Program-made: the position numbers and the translations under genes
In this document: one piece after another, positions 18,858-28,883 of the stretch
Layout of the letters: each line of letters starts with the position of its first letter
Position numbering within the stretch: position 1 is the first letter of the stretch
The notes under the pieces: model-generated
What the model was told of the DNA's origin: nothing
The model's database searches: none
What the model saw: only the letters and a program-made list of their open reading frames with translations
Virus record (IMG/VR): IMGVR_UViG_3300033746_000013
DNA length: 64,000 nt
Reading direction: 5' to 3' (one strand)
Origin: a virus

Positions 18858-20792
18858 ATGGCTAAAAAAGAATCTCAAAGATATTTAAGAGAATTAAAAA
18901 AGGTAAACCCTGATTTAGTTACGGTTAAAAGACCAAATGAGATCATTGAAAGAAATGATGGTGAAGGGAATTTAAAATTAAGTTTTAAAGCACCTGAATA
19001 TTATGAAAGAGATTTATATATTACTGGTAAAGCTCTCCTATCTAAATCACAAGTAACCAAACAAACTACTTCGATAGATTCTGTTAGTGGTATGACTTTA
19101 GATTTATCTGAATCAGAAACAATCTTATTAACTCTATCAGGTGATACTGTTATAGAAGATATTGTTAATTATAAAAATGGTAGCATATATAATATCTTTA
19201 TTAAACAAGATGAAATTGGTGGACATTTATTGTCTTTTAATGATTCATTAACAAATCTTCAAATAGATGATGATGTTGTTATTTCTGGAGAATCAAATTC
19301 TTATTCAGAATTAAAAATAATCTGTGAAGATGATACTTTTTATGTTGAGTATTTTGATGGGTATAATGATAAGACGAATAACCCATTTATAATGACCATA
19401 GATACATCATTAGGAACTACTGGTAACAATGTTCAATTACCATTACCAGAAACTTCTTCAGATGATCAATTATTAACTTATGATTTTATTGTTGATTGGG
19501 GTGATGGTAGTTTTGATAAAATTACTTCTTATAATCAAGCAGAAACATATCACGAATATACTAATAGTGGACAAACGGAATATCAAGTTTCAATTAAAGG
19601 AATTTGTGAAGGTATTAGTTTTTCAAAAATTAGTACTGAACGACCAAAATTAAAATCTATTGACAAATGGGGATTCACTAATTTTATCACATTAAACGGT
19701 GGATTTGTTTTTTGTTCAAATTTAACATCAGTAAATGATAATAATGGTTTCTGGTGTTCAAATGTTATTGATATGTATGGTTTGTTTTATGGGTGTTCAT
19801 CATTATCAATTTTAGATGTTACTAATTGGGATGTTACTAATGCTGCCAATAAATCTTATATGTTTAATCAATGCACTTCTTTAAGTGAATTAGATTTTAG
19901 TAATTGGAATATGAGTAATACAACTACTATTAAAGGTATGTTTGATGGTTATATATATGATATGGGTATTATTCCAATTGGAATTGAAAATTGGGATACT
20001 TCTAACATAAATAATATGTACGCTTTTTTAAATTATAATAAAGGAATTACAAGTTTAGATTTAACCAATTGGGATGTTTCTAATGTGACTGATTTTGGAT
20101 ATATGTTTGAGCAATGTTCAAACTTAACAGAATTAAATATTAACACTTGGGATACTTCTAATGGTATGAATTTTCACCATATGTTTAAACATTGTGATTC
20201 ATTAACATATTTAGATATTTCAAATTTTAACATTTCTAACGCCACTGATATATCTTACATGTTTTCAACATGCACGAATATTACAAATTTAGATGTTTCT
20301 AAATGGGATGTTTCTAATGTGACTCTTACAGATGCTACTTTTTGGAATTGTGCGTCTCTAACAAGTATAGATGTTTCTAATTGGAACGTTGGTAAATTAA
20401 TTGGTATGGATACTATGTTTGGTGGTTGTTCTTTATTAACAAGTATAGATGTTTCTAATTGGAATGTTTCTAATGTAATAGATATGTATGGGGTGTTTAG
20501 TGATTGTACATCATTAACGAATATAGATGTCTCTAATTGGGATATTTCTAATGTGAATAATTTGATCAATATGTTTAATAATACACCATTAGACACCCCA
20601 TCATACGATGCATTATTAATTGGTTGGAGTTCATTGAGTCCTGATTTAAATAATAGTTTAACACTTGGAGCAAACTTAGCACAATATACACCGGGAGGTG
20701 CTGCAGAAGCAGGTAGAACCTTATTAACCGATGCAGTTATTGATGGTGGACATGCATGGAGTATAAACGATGCTGGCCCTACATCAGTATAA
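18858..20792 (+). CDS. LRR adhesin-like protein B1 (paralog of A1)
   Basis: MAKKES, QDEIGGH, VDWGDG, about 11 DUF285 repeats, same C-terminal cap YTPGGAAEAGRTLLTD. Confidence 0.8.
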   Translation: MAKKESQRYLRELKKVNPDLVTVKRPNEIIERNDGEGNLKLSFKAPEYYERDLYITGKALLSKSQVTKQTTSIDSVSGMTLDLSESETILLTLSGDTVIEDIVNYKNGSIYNIFIKQDEIGGHLLSFNDSLTNLQIDDDVVISGESNSYSELKIICEDDTFYVEYFDGYNDKTNNPFIMTIDTSLGTTGNNVQLPLPETSSDDQLLTYDFIVDWGDGSFDKITSYNQAETYHEYTNSGQTEYQVSIKGICEGISFSKISTERPKLKSIDKWGFTNFITLNGGFVFCSNLTSVNDNNGFWCSNVIDMYGLFYGCSSLSILDVTNWDVTNAANKSYMFNQCTSLSELDFSNWNMSNTTTIKGMFDGYIYDMGIIPIGIENWDTSNINNMYAFLNYNKGITSLDLTNWDVSNVTDFGYMFEQCSNLTELNINTWDTSNGMNFHHMFKHCDSLTYLDISNFNISNATDISYMFSTCTNITNLDVSKWDVSNVTLTDATFWNCASLTSIDVSNWNVGKLIGMDTMFGGCSLLTSIDVSNWNVSNVIDMYGVFSDCTSLTNIDVSNWDISNVNNLINMFNNTPLDTPSYDALLIGWSSLSPDLNNSLTLGANLAQYTPGGAAEAGRTLLTDAVIDGGHAWSINDAGPTSV

Positions 20793-20838
20793 TTAAATAA
20801 TATAAAATTAAATAATATAAAATTAAATATAATAAATT

Positions 20839-21090
20839 ATGAGTAAAGAAATAAAAGGAACAAAAAAAGTAACGTATTACATTGCGTACAATTTAGATGA
20901 AAAAATATTTCATTTCGGTGAAATAAAGAAAGGTGGAGTTTTAACCACAGGACAACCAGAATTAGAAGAATTTTCAACCAAAACAGAATTTAAAAAGAGG
21001 TTGGATGAATTAACTGGTGAGAAAGATTATTACTATAATAAAACAAAAAAACAAGAACCAAGATTAAATAAATCTAAATTAGAAAAATAA
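20839..21090 (+). CDS. small protein, possibly a fibre-associated chaperone
   Basis: 83 aa directly after B1; function inferred from position only. Confidence 0.45.
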   Translation: MSKEIKGTKKVTYYIAYNLDEKIFHFGEIKKGGVLTTGQPELEEFSTKTEFKKRLDELTGEKDYYYNKTKKQEPRLNKSKLEK

Positions 21091-21109
21091 AAATAAATTT
21101 AAAACGATT

Positions 21110-21153
21110 AAAAGATGGTAAGATATTAAAAATATATTTTACCATCTTTTTTT
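21110..21153 (+). terminator. intrinsic terminator
   Basis: AAAAGATGGTAA...TTACCATCTTTT followed by a T tract. Confidence 0.65.
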
Positions 21154-21189
21154 ATTTAATAAACTATTTATATAAAAATATTCTACATA

Positions 21190-21672
21190 ATGAATAAAGA
21201 AAGCAGAAGATATAATAATGACATTAAAAGAATGGGTAAAGATTTAGCAACTAGACCCGTTGAAATGTATAAAAAAGGATATGATGATAAAACATCAATA
21301 ATCTTAAAATCAAGTGAAATTGAATATAATGAATTATCTCTAACAAAAAATGGATTTCAATTAGAAAAACCATTGGTTAATGATGTATATGATATTGAAT
21401 ATACAACACCATTAGTATTAGATCTTTCAAAATCAAATATTCAATCTCTTACTCTTACTGATGATATATACATTACAGATATAATTAATTTCGAAAATAA
21501 TATCGATTATTATATAATAGTAAAACAAGTTTCAACTGGTGGTCGTAGAATTGCATGGGATGAAAATATTAATATTCTTTTTAAAGAATCACAACCAAAC
21601 ACATTATCTGAATCTAAATCAATTTTAAAAATTATACCAATTAATGGTATTTTATATGCTAATTTTAAATAA
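21190..21672 (+). CDS. B2: anchor-only paralog of A2 (no PKD/LRR passenger)
   Basis: MNKES...LVLDLSKSNI...Q.STGG..IAW..NINI.F...P.NG.LYA aligns with the A2 N-terminus, then stops. Confidence 0.75.
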   Translation: MNKESRRYNNDIKRMGKDLATRPVEMYKKGYDDKTSIILKSSEIEYNELSLTKNGFQLEKPLVNDVYDIEYTTPLVLDLSKSNIQSLTLTDDIYITDIINFENNIDYYIIVKQVSTGGRRIAWDENINILFKESQPNTLSESKSILKIIPINGILYANFK

Positions 21673-21695
21673 ATAAAATATAAATATCTAATATA

Positions 21696-23459
21696 ATGAT
21701 AGGAGATACAAGTAAATACACACAAAGACAAATAAGAAGATTAGGTAAAGTAAAAGATAGACCTATTGAATTTTACCCACATGAAGATTATGAGTCTAAA
21801 CAATTATCTGTTATTGCAAAAGCAGATAATTATAATGATAGGAAAATAAATATAAATGAATTTAATTATGTTGATAATAAACCATTTGGTTATTATACAA
21901 CAATTGTTGAATATAATAATATATTATCATTTGATATGAGTGAATCAGCTTCTAATGAAATATTATTAAAAGGTGATTTATTCATTGATAATATTATTAA
22001 CATATCAAATGGTTCAGAATATATATTTACATTTAAACAAGATGAAGTAGGTGGTCATTCAGTTATTGTTAATAGTGGTAATATTAATTTATTTATTGCA
22101 AATAATCAATCATTAGAAGATATAAATAAAGAACCTAATTCAACAACTGTATTGAAAATTAGTTGTATTGATGACAAACTATTTGGTAAATTATCAACTT
22201 ATCAAGAAGAACCTTCATCTGGTTATACAAAAGTTGATAATAATAGTTTCTCTTTTGATGTTGAAATAGCTAGTGCTGGAGATACATTTACATTACCAAT
22301 TAACACCGTTGATGATGCTGATCAATATATACAATCATTTACCGCTGATTGGGGTGATGATTCAACAACTGAAATAACAAGTTATGATGATAGTGGTGCA
22401 ACCCATACTTATGCAGCACCGGGTACATATACAATCACAATGACTGGTAAATCTGAGTTATTTGCTGTTCAAGATGTTGGGGATAAAGCTAAGATTGTAA
22501 AACTTAATACATTTTTTGGTGATATTGGATTTAAAAAACTTAATTTTTCTGGTTGCTCAAATTTAACTGGAAATATACCAACAAGTTTTAAGAATCTTAG
22601 AAATCTTGTGGATTGTGGTAGATTGTTTAGAGAATGTAGAAAAATTAGTGGGAATATACCAGAAGACATGTTTTGGAATTCTCCAAATATTACTACCTTT
22701 ATTGATTCTTTTTTTAATAGTGGTTTAATAGGTGAAATACCAGAAAAATTATTTTGGTATAATCCTGAAGTTGTTAATTTTGGTTTTACCTTCTCAGGTT
22801 ATCAAAACTATATGAATTTTATTGGGGGTATACCCGAAAAATTATTTTGGTATAATCCTGAAGTTGTTAATTTTAATGGTTGTTTTCAAGCATGTGATAA
22901 ACTAACAGGAGAAATACCAGAGAAATTATTTTGGAATAATCCTAAAGTTACTGATTCTTCTTTTTTATTTAGTAGATGTTCATCATTAATAGGATCAATA
23001 CCAGAGAAATTATTTTGGAATAATCCTAAAGTTACTGATTTTAGTTCTGCATTTCAAATATGTAGAAATCTAACCGGTTCAATACCAGAGAAATTATTTT
23101 GGAATAATCCAGATGTTACTGATTTTTCTTATGTTTTTATGAATTGTAATAATATTGAGGGAATTCCAGAGAATTTATTCATCAATAATTTTAAAGCTGA
23201 GAATTTTAGACAAAGTTTCACGTATTGTTATAATGTAACTCAATTACCATCAAATTTATTTATTAATAATAAAAATATTAATAATTTATATTATACTTTT
23301 TATGATAATAATCAATTAACCGGAGATGGATGGAGAGACATCATAGAATACACAACACAATATGCTGAAGAAAATAATATAACATTACAAACAGATAATT
23401 GTTTTAGAGATTGTACATCCTTAACAGATTATAATGAAATCCCAATTGAATGGAGATAA
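21696..23459 (+). CDS. LRR adhesin-like protein B3 (paralog of A3)
   Basis: MIGDTSK, QDEVGGHS, PKD nearly identical to A3, five IPEKLFW repeats, same C-terminal cap. Confidence 0.8.
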   Translation: MIGDTSKYTQRQIRRLGKVKDRPIEFYPHEDYESKQLSVIAKADNYNDRKININEFNYVDNKPFGYYTTIVEYNNILSFDMSESASNEILLKGDLFIDNIINISNGSEYIFTFKQDEVGGHSVIVNSGNINLFIANNQSLEDINKEPNSTTVLKISCIDDKLFGKLSTYQEEPSSGYTKVDNNSFSFDVEIASAGDTFTLPINTVDDADQYIQSFTADWGDDSTTEITSYDDSGATHTYAAPGTYTITMTGKSELFAVQDVGDKAKIVKLNTFFGDIGFKKLNFSGCSNLTGNIPTSFKNLRNLVDCGRLFRECRKISGNIPEDMFWNSPNITTFIDSFFNSGLIGEIPEKLFWYNPEVVNFGFTFSGYQNYMNFIGGIPEKLFWYNPEVVNFNGCFQACDKLTGEIPEKLFWNNPKVTDSSFLFSRCSSLIGSIPEKLFWNNPKVTDFSSAFQICRNLTGSIPEKLFWNNPDVTDFSYVFMNCNNIEGIPENLFINNFKAENFRQSFTYCYNVTQLPSNLFINNKNINNLYYTFYDNNQLTGDGWRDIIEYTTQYAEENNITLQTDNCFRDCTSLTDYNEIPIEWR

Positions 23460-23494
23460 TATTAAATAATTATATATAAAAAAAACAAATAAAA

Positions 23495-23977
23495 ATGATA
23501 AACGAATCGATAAAAAATCTTATAAAAAAGATAATTAAAGAAGAGATAGAAAAAAGTAATTATGTTGATGATCAAGAAGCAAACGATTACTTAAATAAAG
23601 TAAGAGATAGTGCAGATAAAGAAACTTTTCAAAAAGTATTAAATGTTTATAAACGAAAAGGATTGGATGCTGCAAAAGAAATTTACAACATTGATGATGA
23701 AAGTAATATTGAAAGTAGAAGTACTGAGGAATTAATGAATAAATTTGTTGATTATTTAGATGATATGTTCCTAGATATGTATGAATTTACAAAGAGTAGA
23801 CATAATAAGCCAGCACAAACTGTTTTATCTCATCTCTTAGGGTATTATGTTCATAGATATGGTGATGAAATATCTAAAAATGAAGCAAACAAAATATCTT
23901 ATATCTTGGATTCAAAACATGGTTTTAAAGATATTGCAAAAAGAATATCAACAAAATTTAAAAAAGTTTTGTATTAA
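23495..23977 (+). CDS. hypothetical protein with KKIIKEE N-terminus
   Basis: MINESIKNLIKKIIKEE. Confidence 0.6.
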   Translation: MINESIKNLIKKIIKEEIEKSNYVDDQEANDYLNKVRDSADKETFQKVLNVYKRKGLDAAKEIYNIDDESNIESRSTEELMNKFVDYLDDMFLDMYEFTKSRHNKPAQTVLSHLLGYYVHRYGDEISKNEANKISYILDSKHGFKDIAKRISTKFKKVLY

Positions 23978-23981
23978 TAAG

Positions 23982-24013
23982 AAAAAAGGTGGTAAATATT
24001 TACCACCTTTTTT
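23982..24013. terminator. bidirectional intrinsic terminator
   Basis: perfect palindrome AAAAAAGGTGGTAAATATTTACCACCTTTTTT. Confidence 0.75.
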
Positions 24014-24017
24014 TATA

Positions 24018-24905
24018 CTACAAAGTATTTTTATTTAATTCACTTATTTTATTATTGTTTATTTGTCCCAATTCATAAGCAATCTCTAAGGCTTCTTTCT
24101 TATTATAAAACGATCCATCTGTTGATATATAACCCTTTTCTTTGGAAATATTTATATATTTGAGATAAATATATAATTTATACCACCAACTCTTTTTTAT
24201 AACTACAAAACCATGATTAACATTATCTGGTTGATTATTATATTTTTTAAATATTTTTATGTATATAGCAGGATACAATATTAATGATTTGTTAATCTTA
24301 TTTTTATCAACATCAATACCATCTTTTGTTGTATAAGCAGAATAAATCATTGTAGTTAAATTAACACCTAAAGATCGTAAACGTTTTACTGTTTCATTAT
24401 CAGCATTGTTATGTTTTTTCAAAATATTAATAATTTCTTTATTAGTAAAACTATTTTTTATAATATCTTTTTTTGTAATAAAATCTTTTAAATATATTTT
24501 ATCGACCCTTTTATTTAAATCTTTAACATTTTTTATGAAATCTTTAAAATTATAATGATTAATAAGATTATTTTTAAAAACTTCAGTAAGATTAAATTTA
24601 AAAATTTTAAACCCAAACAATTTAACGAATAAATCTATTTTATTATTATGTTGTGACTTAATTTTTTGATTTGGGATAAAATGAAATGTTTTAACAAGTT
24701 TACCTCTTTCTTTAATATTTTCAATTTTAAATACGGAAACACCAAATTTCTTTTTCATGTATTTATTACCTTCTGGTGTCAATATTAATATTTTTTGTAT
24801 AAAATGTATTTTAATAAAAATATCGAAAATAATACTTTGAATTAAATTATTAAAATATATATTTAATTCAAAACTTCTCTCATTGTTTTTTATATTTGCT
24901 TTCAT
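24018..24905 (-). CDS. hypothetical protein
   Basis: 295-aa basic ORF; C-terminal GYISTDGSFYNKKEALEIA..GQI. Confidence 0.55.
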   Translation of the reverse strand: MKANIKNNERSFELNIYFNNLIQSIIFDIFIKIHFIQKILILTPEGNKYMKKKFGVSVFKIENIKERGKLVKTFHFIPNQKIKSQHNNKIDLFVKLFGFKIFKFNLTEVFKNNLINHYNFKDFIKNVKDLNKRVDKIYLKDFITKKDIIKNSFTNKEIINILKKHNNADNETVKRLRSLGVNLTTMIYSAYTTKDGIDVDKNKINKSLILYPAIYIKIFKKYNNQPDNVNHGFVVIKKSWWYKLYIYLKYINISKEKGYISTDGSFYNKKEALEIAYELGQINNNKISELNKNTL

Positions 24906-24911
24906 AATTTA

Positions 24912-25589
24912 TTATTTATTAAATCTATTATAAGAATTCTGAGTAATTAAATTATACGAAGCTTTACCAATAAATTGATTTAGATTTTTACTATTTGTAT
25001 AACTCATTGCAGACTTCAAGTAATCAATAAGATTCTCAGTCCACTTTTTTAGGGTATATTCGACCTTTCTATGGCGTATTACACCTTCAGAGGTATTCAG
25101 CTTCGATTTATCTTTACCCATAGCTAATTGGGCTTCTTTTGTACTCATTCCTCTAAAATATTTCTTTATTGGAAATCCTTTAGAAAATAAGTAATTTGCA
25201 AATCTTTGAGGTATTTTAACACCCCATAAATAATTATCTCCAGCACTTTCTATGGATTTATTTAATAGCGATCCAAGCATTACATAATCACTACCAAGAC
25301 CAATTGCTTTTATAATATCAGCATATTCTTTCATTCCACCATCAGCAATAATTAGTGGTGCTTTAATATCTTTATTTTCTTTCTCGAATTTAACTTTTTC
25401 TTTGTGAATTTCTGATATTAAGGATGCCATAGGATAACCAATGCTGCTAGATTTGGTTGTAAGGCAATTATGTACAACTTTATTCTCATAACCAACACAA
25501 TATGAATGATTATTCTTAACAGTTAAATCATTAACAATAAGATTTTTTTCACCACCATATTTTTCTTTTTTTACTTCTAATAATTTCAT
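24912..25589 (-). CDS. IMPDH/GMP reductase C-terminal half fused to split intein IntC (41 aa, 25467..25589)
   Basis: DLTVKNNHSY...VVHN|CLTT then IIADGG, DIIKAIGLGSDYVMLGS, FRGMS, SEG, LKSAMSY. Confidence 0.9.
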   Translation of the reverse strand: MKLLEVKKEKYGGEKNLIVNDLTVKNNHSYCVGYENKVVHNCLTTKSSSIGYPMASLISEIHKEKVKFEKENKDIKAPLIIADGGMKEYADIIKAIGLGSDYVMLGSLLNKSIESAGDNYLWGVKIPQRFANYLFSKGFPIKKYFRGMSTKEAQLAMGKDKSKLNTSEGVIRHRKVEYTLKKWTENLIDYLKSAMSYTNSKNLNQFIGKASYNLITQNSYNRFNK

Positions 25590-25620
25590 ATTTTTATTTT
25601 TTTATAAATATTTTTAGTTG

Positions 25621-26487
25621 TTAAACATTATCTTCCATTGAAACAATTAAATGTTTTTTATCATCCAAATGTTTGGCTGTCACCCAATATCCATATTCCA
25701 AATAATTATTACTGTTTATTTTATTTCTATCTATTAAATCAACAACAAAAATTTCATGATCTTCCGTACAAATATCACCATTTATATTATATAACTCATC
25801 ATTATTAATATAAGATATTTTATTTGTTACTATTTGATATGTACCATCATGTGTTAATACTTCATCGTTTATTTCAATATCTTTAATATATTTATAACCA
25901 TTAATACACTTAATCAAAGTATTATCAACCCAACAACCACCCCCATTGCCAATCCCAACTCTCAGTAAATCAATACATTGAGTTTCTGCTAAACATTTAT
26001 ATGTTTTAGGGTTAGCGATGTTACCAATCATCAATACCTTATATGGATATTTCTCTTTAAATTTAATTGAATATTCTTTAATAATATCCATGTGTCCATT
26101 AGCAATATCAACTAAGATATTTTTTGGAAGAAAGAAACTCTCTTTTGATTCACAAATATTTTTAAATTCATCAAGCCCATAAGAAAAAAAATGTTCTTTA
26201 ATTGTTTTTAATAATAACTCATCTCCATCATCAAAATTATTAATAAAATCATTAAATTTAATTGTTCTTGGAAAGACAACTGTATATCCTAGATTAATAA
26301 ATTTTTCAAAATTATCAATATTAACAACAGTATCCATTGGTGCTGTCATTAACGGCAATTTATTATTATAAAAACAATCAACATCTTTTCTTGATGAAAT
26401 AGATGTTTGCATAGATGGTTCTATTAACACATCATCAAAATCAAACTTAATATTTTTTGCCATTCTATTGTATTTAGTTTTAAACAA
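25621..26487 (-). CDS. IMPDH/GMP reductase N-terminal half fused to split intein IntN (104 aa, 25624..25935)
   Basis: FDDVLIEP, PLMTAPMDTV, VDIANGH, GNIA, RVGIGNGGG|CWVDNT...CTEDHE. Confidence 0.9.
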   Translation of the reverse strand: MFKTKYNRMAKNIKFDFDDVLIEPSMQTSISSRKDVDCFYNNKLPLMTAPMDTVVNIDNFEKFINLGYTVVFPRTIKFNDFINNFDDGDELLLKTIKEHFFSYGLDEFKNICESKESFFLPKNILVDIANGHMDIIKEYSIKFKEKYPYKVLMIGNIANPKTYKCLAETQCIDLLRVGIGNGGGCWVDNTLIKCINGYKYIKDIEINDEVLTHDGTYQIVTNKISYINNDELYNINGDICTEDHEIFVVDLIDRNKINSNNYLEYGYWVTAKHLDDKKHLIVSMEDNV

Positions 26488-27095
26488 TTAATATTCAAAA
26501 CCAATCTCAAAACAAACAGAATTATTATTAAACTCTAAACTGCTAAATCCAACTCCGAAATCATTATCATCAGTATATGATTTTATTAAATCGTAATCAA
26601 TATCATATATCTCAATTAATTGTTCATCATTATATATATTTGGATTAACTAATCCATCGTAAAACCATTGAATAGTGTCTGTTTCAGGAATAAAAAATAA
26701 CTCCCCAAAGAGATCGTTTTGAATATTTTTTAATTCATTAAATATATCTTTAATACCCATATTTATTATACTTTCTAATAAATATAGTACTTATTTTTTT
26801 ATTCTGTAATTTCTTTAAATTTATTAATAAATTCACCAATAATTTCATCTAAATCTCCATTTAAAACTTTATATGGTAGTAAATGTTTTTTAGATTTGAT
26901 AGAATAATAATTTAATTCGTAATCATAATAACCATCATTATCAGTTACAACTATACTAATCTTATATTCATCGTCATCAATATTAAGAAATTCTGGTATT
27001 TTATTAAATTTTTGAATTTTTTCATCAGAACATTTTTCATTATTCAATAATTGAATAAAATCTTCTTTGCTTAAAAATTTTGGTAATACTCTCAT
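26488..27095 (-). CDS. two hypothetical proteins (26488..26760, 26799..27095)
   Basis: co-oriented ORFs. Confidence 0.55.
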
Positions 27096-27097
27096 AA

Positions 27098-27415
27098 TTA
27101 TTTATTTTTTTTATGTTTAATATATGCACTCATCATAATGGAATAATTAGCTAAATCTAGCAAAGTGTCTTCTATTTTTTCATCTTCAACTTCAAAAACA
27201 CCTTGTTCAATAAAACTATTAATTCTATTATATTTATCAAGCATTCTCACTAAAAACCCTTTTTCTGTTGATGTTACGTTTAATCTTTCAGTTGACTCAT
27301 AATTAAAAAAAGGATTATCATTGTTACCAGAATAATCTTTATTTTTTTTACGTGTTAAATCAACCAAATAATCACAACAGTTTTTGTGATAATCTAAAAA
27401 TTCATCTTTATTCAT
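27098..27415 (-). CDS. DUF1599 (nucleotide-modification-associated domain 1) protein
   Basis: KKNKDY, GFLVRMLDK..RI, EDTLLDLANYSI. Confidence 0.75.
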   Translation of the reverse strand: MNKDEFLDYHKNCCDYLVDLTRKKNKDYSGNNDNPFFNYESTERLNVTSTEKGFLVRMLDKYNRINSFIEQGVFEVEDEKIEDTLLDLANYSIMMSAYIKHKKNK

Positions 27416-27791
27416 TATAATCTGCTTTAATATTGTTATAATTTTCTTTAATTTTATTCACAATATCTTTGAACTTTGCATGAGTGGCAAATTCATGATT
27501 TACTTTAACATCACCTAAATTCAGTTCATCAATAATCTTTTTTGATGTTGTATCCAAAATATATTTTTCATATTGTTGTAACAACCCATCATTAGAATTA
27601 TTATCAATTTTATTCTTCAAATTATTGAATAATAATGATTCAAAGTTTCTTTTTTCAAGATAACTGATGTTTAATGCTTCACTTACATATTCACACATTC
27701 GTTTTATAAACTCCTGTTCAATGTTGTTATTAGACATTTCACAAGGTATATCGTTTATATCTTCTCCATAAATTTTTCTCATAATTTTCAA
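27408..27791 (-). CDS. hypothetical protein
   Basis: coupled ORF. Confidence 0.5.
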   Translation of the reverse strand: MKIMRKIYGEDINDIPCEMSNNNIEQEFIKRMCEYVSEALNISYLEKRNFESLLFNNLKNKIDNNSNDGLLQQYEKYILDTTSKKIIDELNLGDVKVNHEFATHAKFKDIVNKIKENYNNIKADYNE

Positions 27792-27798
27792 CTTTTAA

Positions 27799-28149
27799 TT
27801 AATATTTATATTTAAGAAATTCAATAGGTATATTATATTTTAAGGCTTCTGCTTTTTCATCTTGACAACCTTTACTATCATCAATTAAGTTTAAACCATC
27901 ATCACCAATAACAATAAATATCACTTTACTACATAATCTTAATATTGGTAAATCTTTACTCATCCAAAATTCGTGATCAGATCTTAATTCCGGTGTTAAA
28001 TAATCTGCTATGGGGTGTGAATGGCTTACCGGACTAAATACCACATAACCTTGTTTCATTAATTCAGCACCCACCTTATTTGCTACATGGAATGATTCTT
28101 CTGGGTTAAACGAATACGGTATCGCTAAATATATTATTTCTTTATTCAT
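27799..28149 (-). CDS. DUF1937 / nucleoside 2-deoxyribosyltransferase-like protein
   Basis: IYLAIPYS, VFSPVSHSHPI, SKGC..E...A....IP. Confidence 0.75.
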   Translation of the reverse strand: MNKEIIYLAIPYSFNPEESFHVANKVGAELMKQGYVVFSPVSHSHPIADYLTPELRSDHEFWMSKDLPILRLCSKVIFIVIGDDGLNLIDDSKGCQDEKAEALKYNIPIEFLKYKY

Positions 28150-28883
28150 ACTTTTTTTATTTTATTTTTTATGTTTTCTAAAACTTTATGTTCGGATAAA
28201 TAAAACAAATTTGTTGTTCCTTTCATTTTTTTTAATCCAGATGATTTAGCTAAATCAAACAATTTATAATTTTGTAATTCTAAATCATCATATTTATTTA
28301 CTAAATCATCCAATTTAAAATATTCATTTGCACTGACTTGTTTTACATTTATTTTATTAAATTCTGTTTTAATTACAATTTGTTTAAATGCACGATAAAA
28401 GAAGAATAGATTTTTTAATTCTTGTAATGGTTTTACAAGAAAGATTATTAATACTCTATCACTATATAATGTTCTATAAATATGTTCCACTAATTCAGGT
28501 AATATTTTCTTACCTCTATATTCATCCTTTAGAATTGGATTTGTCACATATAGTATTCTATCATATTTTTCATAAACCTGATCTTTATTAGAATTTAATA
28601 ACTCATAAAATTCTTTATAAACCTCTAAATCACCTTCAAATTTATTTAATATTTCATATTCAAGTAAACCGCTTAAACGAATGTTTAATTCCAATATATT
28701 AAATTGTCCCAATATTTCTAACGGTTTCTTTTCTTTATCCCAATTTATAACAATATTTGATTCATAATTAGTAATAAATTTATCAATACCTTGAATTTCC
28801 GGTTCAATTTTATTTTTTGAAAATTCTGTATTAATAAAGATCAACCTATCTAAAAATTCTTTTTCCTCACTACTTATACTCAT
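28146..28883 (-). CDS. hypothetical protein (possible GNAT-like fold)
   Basis: LKDEYRGKKI motif; weak. Confidence 0.45.
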   Translation of the reverse strand: MSISSEEKEFLDRLIFINTEFSKNKIEPEIQGIDKFITNYESNIVINWDKEKKPLEILGQFNILELNIRLSGLLEYEILNKFEGDLEVYKEFYELLNSNKDQVYEKYDRILYVTNPILKDEYRGKKILPELVEHIYRTLYSDRVLIIFLVKPLQELKNLFFFYRAFKQIVIKTEFNKINVKQVSANEYFKLDDLVNKYDDLELQNYKLFDLAKSSGLKKMKGTTNLFYLSEHKVLENIKNKIKKV

